A stretch of DNA of 64,000 bases, taken from positions 1-64,000 of the forward strand of contig JBDOQK010000015.1 in NCBI GenBank assembly GCA_040437565.1, in the 5' to 3' direction. The DNA is from Albugo candida (taxonomy: Eukaryota). Below the pieces are notes generated by a model. It was not told where the DNA came from, made no database searches, and saw only the letters and a program-made list of their open reading frames with translations. Below, piece after piece: positions 12,990 to 23,481 of the stretch. The translations under genes were made by a program, and so were the position numbers. Position 1 is the first letter of the stretch, and the number at the start of each line of letters is the position of its first letter.

Positions 12990-13820
12990 TAAAATATATC
13001 AATCATTTCGAGAAATATATTCCAAGGGGATAACATATTGGAGACTAAAAATATGATCTAGTTGGAGCCAATGGGAGAATGATAACTAGTCTTTTGCGCA
13101 CAAAGAAAAAGCATATTTCATTGCAAACGACAGTGAGAAACCTACAATTGGAATGAAATGGAAGAGTGTGGCCGAAAGCGCGCGCAAACGATTCATTCAG
13201 GGACACTTCAAGGAAAAGTAGGCAATCCGTAAGCTACGACCGTTGGGCTAACCCGATGTACGGAGAAATCATTCTTTCGATTCATCGTTTCACATGGCTC
13301 TTCCAGGCATAGACGGCATTCTTGATAGAATGTGACAAACGTAGAGTCATCGAGTTTCGAGTATTTATACTTAGAAAAAGTTCAAAGTTGCGTTGCGCTT
13401 CGCTGAACCATCTGATCTTGCAGAGCACAGTTCCACACTGTCTTCGCACACGTATATTGCTTGCATATATCTCATGTATATTGCTCGGCTACTTCTTGAA
13501 ACCTGGCGGCGGATTAGCATGTAGCATCTGCATCTAATTGACTCACTTTTTTTGATAAGATTCCAGACAGATGATATGCTAAGAGGGTGGGCATAAAACC
13601 TACCCAGTTCATCCACCATTCTGTCGCGCCATGTCAGAGATTGTCGTGTTATTTTACGTCCTGCATGTTGTCACGATATAACATCAGCTATCAACTGATG
13701 TACGACCATATTCAACTTCATTTTACTGTTGCTTTAAAGAGGCTTTCTTCTTCTGGTCTTACATTCTGTCTTTTTCATTTTAAGGCCATGAAACGACTCT
13801 TCTTCACTTTTAGGTGGCAA

Positions 13821-14187
13821 TGTCAGTGTTGGAAACAGGATCTACTGAATACAGCGACGGTAAGTTGAAGATCTCCACTGGGGTAAGATCATCATCTCGT
13901 GAGATTCGTAGACAATTAAATGTCGTAGAGAAACATAAGATAGTTGCTAAGGAGTTCCCAATACATCCTTCAAATAACAAGTCTATGTGTGCGACCTTTT
14001 GTGCGGTTTCCAATAGTCGGTGTGAGGATCACGTCCACGGACCCACACTTGTGATTTGATTGCTAGCTGAGCCCTACACGTGGGAAAATAGTATAAACAA
14101 ATTGCGCATAAATCAATACACGAACGTCATAATTCCCTCCTTCACTTCCGGTGATCCACACGCCATACATATTGACAGTGGCGACTC
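13821..14187 (+). mobile_element. LTR (13821-14177) followed by a putative primer-binding site (14179-14187)
   Basis: TGTCA...TGACA inverted termini 357 bp apart, then g-TGGCGACTC. A homologous copy lies at ~100-294. Confidence 0.5.
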
Positions 14188-17122
14188 GTTCTTTCCACAA
14201 TCTCATACGATTATGCGCGCTTATGTTTCAAGTGACATAATCTCCAATGCTAAATGCAAAAATTTGCCTAATGCATGCTAAAGCGCATCAATTGTGATTT
14301 GAGTGGAGACATTGAGAACTCAGTGGAGTGGTTCAGGATACTAACGATCCTTCCATTTCACTATACCTTACAGGATGACTAAGTTCAGGTTTGGAAAATT
14401 GTATCATTTCTACACTAACGAGCATTTACAGCATTAACATACCGCATGATCCATACCAGATGAGGCACAATAGGCTACACCGCAGGAATAGTGTATAAGC
14501 CATTTCAAAATGTATTAAGTTACCATTGATGTAAAAAGAGAGTGCAATCGTGCAATATTCTACACCAATTAAGCAATGAGTAAAACATTTAAAAGCAGCG
14601 AGGAAAAAGTTTCGGAGTCTTTAATATTGACTTTCTTTTGGCTCTAGGCAAAGAACCTTACTGCACGCACTATCTTCTTCCTGATAGGATAGACGATTCT
14701 CAGATATGCCATGCGACTAGCTGTAGTCAGCGTAGCGGGAAATGCCACTTTGAGCAAGTGACGTACTCGGTTTTCTTTGGCAACGCGGCACATTGTCTTT
14801 TCTATCCAAGTATAAGCGCTGGTATTTCTGGATACTTTAAATTTCATCCGTTTCCCATTTCAATCCATGCAAACACGGTAACGCTGAAAAAAATCGAACT
14901 ATCGTTAGGACAGTAAGCCCAGAATTGGAGCAACGTAGCAACCTCCAAATCTAACTGAAGTGCACGTCAGGACTCTCACTCCAAACCACGATTTCTCATC
15001 AGATCTGATAATCGAAATAAAATGGAACGAAGTATTATATGTTGCATTCAATACTCGGAGAGAAAAAGTAGCAGAAGCTGCTTTTGTGTGTTATATGTTG
15101 ATGATGGTGTAGACCACATTAAAAACTAAAGGCTATGGGGGAGATTCTATTATTACATTTACTGTAGTTAGGAATCTAAAACTTAATACACACTTTTCCG
15201 GAACGTCGCCCCTCCTTCCAACCCCTTTGATTCAACATTATAGACCCATTAAAGATTTAAATGATGATGGGGGAAGACAATATGTAGTAGCTCATTTATA
15301 CAGCTGATATAAAGGAGTCTTACCCATACACAAAGGAATCATTCGAGTCAGAGCTCCGGTAATCGATTAGATATATTAAATAACTCTGCGTCCCAATGAT
15401 ATCTAATTGAGCTCTATTGTGCAACGTCAGTTCCTTTTCGCATCCTTTTCCAACGGATAAAATGTTACAAGAGTCAGCCTAATGGAACACACCGTCCTCG
15501 GCAAGCTATTTCCGTGTACTAGACTGTCGTGTCAAAGTAGGCTTTCTATTTTACTCGCAACGTTTGCCTCCAGAACTTGTCTTCCAAAAAGAACTTCAGT
15601 GAAAGCAGAAAGCATAGAAATTAGCTGTCTCGTAAGCGGAATCTTTCCTCTAGATTCGCGATTGCCTCTTTCAACTTGTAATAATGAGCATCTATCGCAC
15701 AAAAAAAAGCTCTGTGGGTAAGAAAGCGGAAATGATATTTGAGGGAACTTCGCGAATCTCCTTCGTTAGCATCCGTACGCACTCTTCGCACACGCACATC
15801 GGCTTTTTGCGCGTGGCTGACGTTAAGTATCCAAGATGTTGTAAGAATCTTCAAAAAACAGTTATCTTCTTGTTGACGGTTCTTCAATCCGTGCGATGGC
15901 GCCTAGCTAGTCACCGATCTTGATGATGTGAGATTTTTTCTATCAGCGAAAGTAATGCATCATGTTCTCTGTCTTGATATGCGTGTGAGATGCAAAGTAA
16001 TGACACTTGATATGATGTAAATCGACCACTTTGGACATTGGCATGTGACTAATATCATGGCGGTACTGACCAGAATGCTGGCCTATCTGAAACCAGCACG
16101 TCGTCATCGGTTGAGCAAAAAAAAATTTGATGATGGCTATCAAATTAAATTAAACGTAAGTAGGACGACAGTGCACGGAATGCTCTCATGACTACAATGA
16201 AACCATCGCGATCTACTTTATTGTTTGAATAGAAACTCAAGGTTTTCGCTTTGTCATCGATCAATGATTTTGCTCAATGCGGCTGCCCTTCTGTCGTCAC
16301 CGGTTCTGTAACTTGGAGCTTGAGAGGTTTCGAAACAAACTTGCCAACTCTCTTTAGTTCGCACGTGAATGATCATGACACTAATTGTCTTCACACAACC
16401 GCAAAAGAATACCACAGAAAGCATTGAGTACTTTCCAATGGAAGCGACAAGTGTCCGTTCAACTCGGGGGCGGAATCACTCATAAGCGGAGATGACCTTC
16501 TGTTCTGATTGTAGTGTGACCGAATTGTGGCTATGCTCTTCTATATTATAACGTCAAGTAGGCTTCCTATAGAAAACGGCAAGTTCAAGCGCATGTGGCT
16601 TAATTTTTTCTAGTAAAACCTCTTGTCGCAGGCGGTTGCAAAACTCGAGAAGTGAAAGAAGAAGCGGCAAGAACGAATGGACATAAATTTTACAGTGGGC
16701 TGTACTCAAAAGGGCATCGGACATGGCGTGTATACACTGCACAGCATATTAATGGAAAAGGTTTGATAAAGAGGGTCTTACGGTATGCTGTCCGTAGGAT
16801 TTGTTTCGACGCTGTTGCGAAAATGATTCTGGTGTACGCACCAGACTCTACCTGCCGTTATGTGTAATCTGAGTTCTTGCAGCTGGGTACAACCATGATT
16901 AGAATCATCATGCGTCATGTCCCGGAACAACGTCAAGATTGTGTTTAGGAACTCTAAGTCATACGAACTCATTCCTTTTGGTAGATTTCGGACCAAAATC
17001 AAACCGTAGAGCATGTACTGAGCATATTTGATCAATCAAAAACACGTTCTTTTTTGCATCTATTATAATTCCGAGCTATGGACGAATACACAAAGCTAAT
17101 GTGAACGTCTGTGGTCTGCTCA

Positions 17123-18096
17123 GTTGAAGGTGTCTATATTACTAGAATTAGACTAAACTGACTTCTCTAGTTGCCTAGGCTATCTTAAATAACATACATA
17201 CATATAAAAAACGTTTCATGAAATACCTGTGAGAGATGATAATATGTCTTCTCGCTGATAATCTCGTATCGTAGTAGCGTCAGCACCCTTAATGCGGGAC
17301 TGTGTCCAGCTTGTAAATGCGGTTAAGTTGTAAAGTTGTAAAGCTGTAAGAATGGTCCAAAAGTACCGTGGTTTGCACATTGGTGTGCGCCACACTATGG
17401 TGAGCATAACCAGCCAACTAGGACTAGGATCTGAGTTGCACTTGCATTTTGACTTGTCTGTGCCGTACCCGCAGTAATGATCTTCGGCTTCTGAAAAATC
17501 CACCAAATGATCCTTCCGTTGCGAGTTGATCGAGCACCTTTGCAAGCCGAATGCGTTCGTCTTGGTCGTAACACTGTCNNNNNNNNNNNNNNNNNNNNNN
17601 NNNNNNNNNNNNNNNNNNNNNNNNNNNNNNNNNNNNNNNNNNNNNNNNNNNNNNNNNNNNNNNNNNNNNNNNNNNNNNCGCAAGGACTCCTGCGACTTGA
17701 TTATTTCTGCCAAAGTGGGACCTTTGGTGTCGTCCACAGTTTCAGTTGCAGTTGCCTTTTGGTCACCCTGTGACGGGGCAACGACAGTACCGCTTGTACC
17801 ACCGGTACCACATCCGGCACCGGTAGTACCGGTAGTAACCAGTACCGTCACACTGGGGGTGGGGGTACTTTCCACGTCATCACACAGGGGTGATGACTCA
17901 TCAACAATCATGCAATCACCCAAAGCTGGGTGACTCATGAGGGTTGCCACGTCACTACAAGTGGACGCTAGCACCCTGGGTTGTGTCGATATGTCGACTT
18001 GAACCATTGTTTTCGAGAGGAAGTAGTTGAAAAAAGTTGATTTTTCGAGGTGTTTTACTAAATTGGCGGGTTACTTAGTAGCCGGCAAATTGAGAA
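17123..18096 (-). mobile_element. Non-LTR (LINE-like) retrotransposon with both ends present; interior collapsed into the N gap
   Basis: Direct repeat GTCTGTGGTCTGCTCA at 17107-17122 and 18097-18112. ~90-nt 5' leader precedes an ORF start at 18007 (MVQVDIST...GPTLAEIIK). Across the gap a frame ends ...QDERIRLAKVLDQLATEGSFGGFFRSRRSLLRVR...LRS* (~17425), followed by a ~300-nt 3' tail. The 5' end is repeated at 1-60. No RT is visible because of the gap. Confidence 0.6.
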
Positions 18097-18302
18097 GTCT
18101 GTGGTCTGCTCAATGAGGTATGTACGAAATTGCTGGCGTATATCATGCTTTTACTTAGCTGAGGATACTATTTAGGGTGTGACTATTGCCACAGACGTTT
18201 TGGCTAATGCCACAGGCAAAACACCTCTGATTGGCTAATTTGTGTTACATCAATATGATTGGTCGATAAGGTAGCTACATCACTGCTTTAACGTAAGATA
18301 CA

Positions 18303-20722
18303 GGGAGCCGTTAGTATTCACTCCCCATCTTGGTAGTATTCACTCCCCCCTCCCTAATTCGTTGGCTAAAATTCACTCAAATTGACGTTAGAGTTGTAAC
18401 AACTCTACTACCAGTCAACTCTCTACGACTCAATTCACTCAAAGGGAAAACAATTCAGATTCTCAGCTTTCTATATCAATCAGCCAATCTCTTATATCGC
18501 GAATACTCATAGAGATATTGAATTATAGATTCATATCAAACAATGAACGCGTTAACTGCACCGGCTGAGATTGCTTATCCCTCCTTGGAGGGAGCTAAGA
18601 ATGCTTTTTTCACACATGCATTAGCTGGAGGAGATGCATTAGTAGTTTTACATACTAGACTTGCTGGCTATAAAAAAGAAGGTGCAATCAAGGCTTTGAT
18701 ACTCAATTGTTCAGAAGGTCGACGCACAGACAGATCCATCCAACAAATAGCGCGCCAACGCGCAACTGGAAGTACTGCTACTCGATGTATGTTCCGTGCA
18801 AGTACACGTGAGAAGGGGTGATTGGAAGGTCTAAGCAGAGAACGAAGACCATAATCACGAAGCCATTGCAGATTAAACCGCTCATCCGCAGGGACGTGCT
18901 TTATTAGCAAGCCAAACTGAAACTGTAATCACAATTGGACGCGCTGGAGTGACACCCTCACGCATTACTACCTCACTGCGCCAAAATGACGGAGTTTCAC
19001 CATATTGCAAGATGTTTACAACATACGTGCTGTAAATCGGAGAATATAACTTGCAGGCCCTACGCCACTACTTAATATTCTAGCTGCAAAAACAGACTAC
19101 TATACAAGACACGATGAGCACAAGCTAATACATCATGATATTCTTTCCAACTGCAAAAAGGATATGTCAAAAGTTTAGCGCCGGCCATGTCTGGCTCATT
19201 GACGCAACTAATAAAACCAACAGATTCAATTTTCCGTTCGTGCATATTGTTGACATACAGCAACGAATGCAACATATACCTTTGCATATGGCTTTATACG
19301 ATCTGGACGAGCTGAAGGTTATATGTGGGCAACGACTCATATATGAGACTTGTTTCCACACTACGGAATTGAAAACAACTGTACATTTGTTACAGATCGT
19401 GAGCTCGCACTGATNNNNNNNNNNNNNNNNNNNNNNNNNNNNNNNNNNNNNNNNNNNNNNNNNNNNNNNNNNNNNNNNNNNNNNNNNNNNNNNNNNNNNN
19501 NNNNNNNNNNNNNNGCAGTGGAGCTCGCTGGTTGAAAAGGACACAGTTGCCGACTATGAGACCAGCTCGCATCAATGCGCATAGAATTCAGCAATAGACC
19601 AAATTGATGCGATATGTAGAAGACACCTGGCTTACATGAAAAGAGCGATTTGTGACTGCATTTTTAAGAAATAACGCCACTATGGTCATTGCACCACTTC
19701 GCGGGCGGAGAGTGCACATGCGGCTCTAAAGAAGTGGATTTCGGTCTTCACTGGTGATCTCACTATTGACATTGCGATAAAACTTGCATGTGATAGCCAG
19801 CTTGCAGCAATTGTTCAGGAAAATGCAAAAGCAAAGAACAATTTCGACCTTGCATTTCGGTGCAATGTTCTCGGAAGGTATGGGCGGAATCTCCAGGCCA
19901 GGATTGGAGCTTGCCAATCAAGCTTATAGCAAGCGCTTTGCTGATGGTGAAGTTAGCCGCAGAACTAGACGAGGCTTGATTACATCAACAATGGGCCAAC
20001 CCTGTCAACATGCAATGGGTAGACGCCACGAGTCTCTTACCATTTACGACTTTGATCAACACTGGTGAATAATTCAGCCTCCGAGTTTTTATTTGCTGCC
20101 CATACCTCCATGAAACGTTGACAGGCATTACTCACCAATATGCAGTTGCTAATAATCATCAAAATAGGGTATTGCTTGACCATGTACTGCAGGTTCCGGA
20201 TGATACTATGCATGACTCAGTAATGATCCAGACAAGAGGAAAGCGACAGGATCTACGCGACGCGATCCTTCCCAGTTTGAGCGCGTTGGGATTCGGTTGG
20301 AGGCTCCCCTCCGACTTCTATGCAGGAACTGCAATAGAGAGAGCCATAATACGGGTACTTGCATTGGAGGGCACGCTCCGCCTGCTCCACCCCGGAATAT
20401 CCACCCAGCATCACCACCACATGATATGTAGTCCCATTCAATCAACTCTTCCGTGTGTGAACCATTCTTTCCACAAGTTCTAGTCCGATTTAGAATCCGA
20501 TTTTGCGAAATGAAAGCCCTACTTCTCTTTTTCATTTCGCTTTATTGCGCGTTTATGCTGTATGTAGTGTATTTTTGCCGATGTGTAGTTGAAAGTGAGT
20601 CACTGCGCATGATGGGTGATTGGTGGGGGTGAGTGATGAGTGATGATTACTGATGGAATTTAGCCAATGAATTAGGGGTGAGTGAATACTTTCAAGAGAG
20701 TGAGTGAATACTAACGGCTCCC
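18303..20722 (+). mobile_element. Nested MULE (FAR1/Hop-like) transposon
   Basis: TIRs GGGAGCCGTTAGTATTCACTC... (18303) and ...GAGTGAATACTAACGGCTCCC (20722), ~70 bp with a repeated TATTCACTC motif, enclose a MULE transposase pseudogene. Confidence 0.85.
18543..20400 (+). pseudogene. MULE transposase (FAR1-type N-terminal DNA-binding domain, DDE core, CCHC knuckle), multiply disrupted
   Basis: ILNCSEGR...GSTATRCMFRA; WLIDATNKTNRFNFPF; FVTDRELAL; TTSRAESAHAALKKWI (~19693); CRNCNRESHNTGTC (~20321). Confidence 0.8.
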
Positions 20723-21989
20723 ATGGTATATTAGAAACTTCTCCATTCTATGTAGTCAAAATAAATAGAATAATACTGGCGCCGAATATGCTCATGTATG
20801 TAAAAAAAATTCTTATTAGCACAAGATATTCGAATATTCGTAATATAAATTTCCAATATGTTTTTTTGTTATCCAAGTTGCCTAGGCATCGCGCCAAGTC
20901 ACATATTATCATGATATTTGGACAGATGTAAGCGTACATTGTATCTTTTTTAAAAAATGCTTCGCGACGAAGTGCCATCAGAAAACTGGTCGCTGATTGA
21001 TATCAGTAAGCTTTCGCAGCTTCAGTCTTCAAAGTTCGTATTTGTAAAAGTTCATGTAGAGAAGAGAATGGGGAATTTCGCGTTCATGCACTCAAATTTC
21101 ATGCCGTTTGAAGATGCACTACCATGAATTCTTCATTCTGTCCCCTCGCACCAATTTTTTATTTCGTAGTCGTGCTTATACGTCGATTGGAGAAACTACA
21201 CACGGATATTGTGCTAGTTTCTCGACTTGTTGCGAAAATTGGATAATAATCTTTCTCGATGCGCATGTGGCACTTCCCATCCAATTTCTCACGATTTTTG
21301 ATATACTGCTTGACCTTGTTTGTCGGAGAACGGTGTGTAAACAGCCCATGTCTATCATTTGAGCGGCAACAGATGAGCTTTTTTAGAAGAATTCTGAAAC
21401 GTGCTGCCGCAGATTAGGAAAGCAGTTAGAAGGCCTGCAGCAACAAATGCCCAACTACAAAAAAAGTTTAAATGGCTATTTTTTGAAGAAGACCCGAGCC
21501 AAAGGTGCAGAGATTAATCACCCGACCATGTTTTATTTCAACTTCAGGTTCAGGAATAAACAGTCATCGACTTTTGTTCGTGTATCAGATTTCCGATCTA
21601 GAGAACATTGCATTGTATAATATACCTTACGTTAAGCAGTAACATAGCTACCTTATCGGACAATCATATTAATGTTCCACAAATTAGCCAATCTGAGGTG
21701 TTTGTCTGTGGCATTAGTCAAAACGTCTGTGGCAATAGTCAAACCCTACTATTTATCGAGAAATAGGATAATGCGTGTAAATTTCATACAGTAAGATAGA
21801 GAAAAAAAGTACAGCCTACTATATTCAAGGTGCCTATAGCGCATTATTTTCATTCAAGTTGGTCGTCATGTGCAAACAAGCGAGAAGCACAAGGTCCATG
21901 GGTGACCACTGGGAATATAATGTCACTGATGAATTTACATGTTTTTACACAAAGAGGCTTACTTTTGCACCTGGTAATGTCGCACGCTT

Positions 21990-23322
21990 GTCAAAATGTT
22001 CGATTAGATCTAAGGACCAGAAGGTTGAAAAAATATAACTTTTCGATAGTATGCATAGGAAATTTTCTTCAGCTGGAGTTCAATCTGTCTTTTGTAATTC
22101 AATCCTGTTAGAAGAAGGGTTATTTATCAAATAGAAGTAGCGTCAACACGTCAATATCACCCTACCTGCGCAATCAAGAGATTGAGTCCCGCTTATGTGC
22201 CTCGAGAACAATTTTTTCACAGGCCCCAAAATCAACAAATCCGGGGAAGAGCTAGAACGCTGATGCAACCATTCATTTTTCTTTGCTTATTCAATCAAGG
22301 CCAAGAGGAAAGATTACTTGTGAGATTTGGTAGGACAACAGCACATTAAGTTGCATCCAGCTAGTAACTCCAATTATTGAAGCCGAGTCACACTGCATCC
22401 AATTAAATTAAGTCCTTGCTTCGATCGGTAAGAAATTTTGCTTACATATGAATTTACATGAGGAGCGCAACATTCGTCTATTCCTTCATGTATCCATTTA
22501 GCCCATAGTGTAATGTCCGTGTCTAAAATCAGAGTTTTTTTATTTCTCATCGCATGAGAAATGACTTCAGCTACGCATTCCTATTCTAAAATGAGCGGTA
22601 GATATTAAATGATCTAAAAGAACTTGACTTACTTTTCGGTCTTGGGTGCGAACATACATGCGTTGACTTTTGTCGATTCGGTCTTCCAGTTTGTGGTCCA
22701 GAGCTTCTGATAATATAGTTGGTTGGGAGCCTAGCTGTTTCGCTAGTAGTACCCGACGTTCTTGTTGCGTGGTGATAACGATCTGCTGTGTTAAAATGTG
22801 CTCTGCAATGCGACGTGGTGTGTTTTGATCGGGTTCAGCAAGAAAAAGCTATTCTTGCTGAACCCGATCAAAACACACCACGTCGCATTGCAGAGCACAT
22901 TTTAACACAGCANNNNNNNNNNNNNNNNNNNNNNNNNNNNNNNNNNNNNNNNNNNNNNNNNNNNNNNNNNNNNNNNNNNNNNNNNNNNNNNNNNNNNNNN
23001 NNNNNNNNNNNNATGAGAAATGACTTCAGCTACGCATTCCTATTCTAAAATGAGCGGTAGATATTAAATGATCTAAAAGAACTTGACTTACTTTTCGGTC
23101 TTGGGTGCGAACATACATGCGTTGACTTTTGTCGATTCGGTCTTCCAGTTTGTGGTCCAGAGCTTCTGATAATATAGTTGGTTGGGAGCCTAGCTGTTTC
23201 GCTAGTAGTACCCGACGTTCTTGTTGCGTGGTGATAACGATCTGCTGTGTTAAAATGTGCTCTGCAATGCGACGTGGTGTGTTTTGATCGGGTTCAGCAA
23301 GAATAGCTTTTTCTTCTATCAT
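21990..23322 (-). CDS. Multi-exon hypothetical protein, possibly a divergent RecA/RAD51-paralogue-like fold; partly duplicated by an assembly gap; 3' end uncertain
   Basis: ATG 23322. In-frame GT-AG splicing gives MIEEKAIL...TQDRK|ECVAEVISHAMRNKKTLILDTDITLWAKW...|CDSASIIGVTSWMQLNVLL...|RSSSSPDLLILGPVKKLF...|GLNYKRQIELQLKKISYAY. Confidence 0.5.
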
Positions 23323-23481
23323 GCCTGCATACACGATTTGACTTAATCGAATTAGCTGTCTCCAGTAAGTTGTGACTGATTGGTAGTAAAATCCGATCTC
23401 TTTTCGTAAATGACTTGTGGACTGTCCGATCTCTAACAGATACGATCTGGCACGTTTTTTGGGAATTGTATTGGACCTGAA

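Larger units (their letters stand above)
18175..21746. mobile_element. Mutator-like element with ~125-bp TIRs and a perfect 9-bp TSD; apparently non-autonomous and hosts a nested MULE
   Basis: TACTATTTA at 18166-18174 and 21747-21755. GGGTGTGACTATTGCCACAGACGTTTTG...CTGCTTTAACGTAAG (18175-18297) is the inverse of CTTACGTTAAGCAG...CAAAACGTCTGTGGCAATAGTCAAACCC (21626-21746). Confidence 0.9.

Noticed and set aside
16420..16480. tRNA-like T-arm (GTCCGTTCAACTCGGGG)
   Set aside because: No matching acceptor stem, D-arm or anticodon stem upstream.
16554..17035. Possible secreted CCG/CHxC-type effector pseudogene
   Set aside because: Weak signal peptide, and a CxxC motif appears only after assuming frameshifts. 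Not supportable.
20877..20888. AGTTGCCTAGGC shared with the LINE-like 3' tail (17169-17180)
   Set aside because: Only 12 bp and partly palindromic; compatible with chance.
22770..22912. ~70-bp-arm near-perfect inverted repeat (foldback) next to an N gap
   Set aside because: The copy after the gap (23013-23330) has the normal sequence, and the turn is at a short local inverted repeat (AAGAATAGCTTTTTCTT). Most likely a template-switch read chimera at a contig end.
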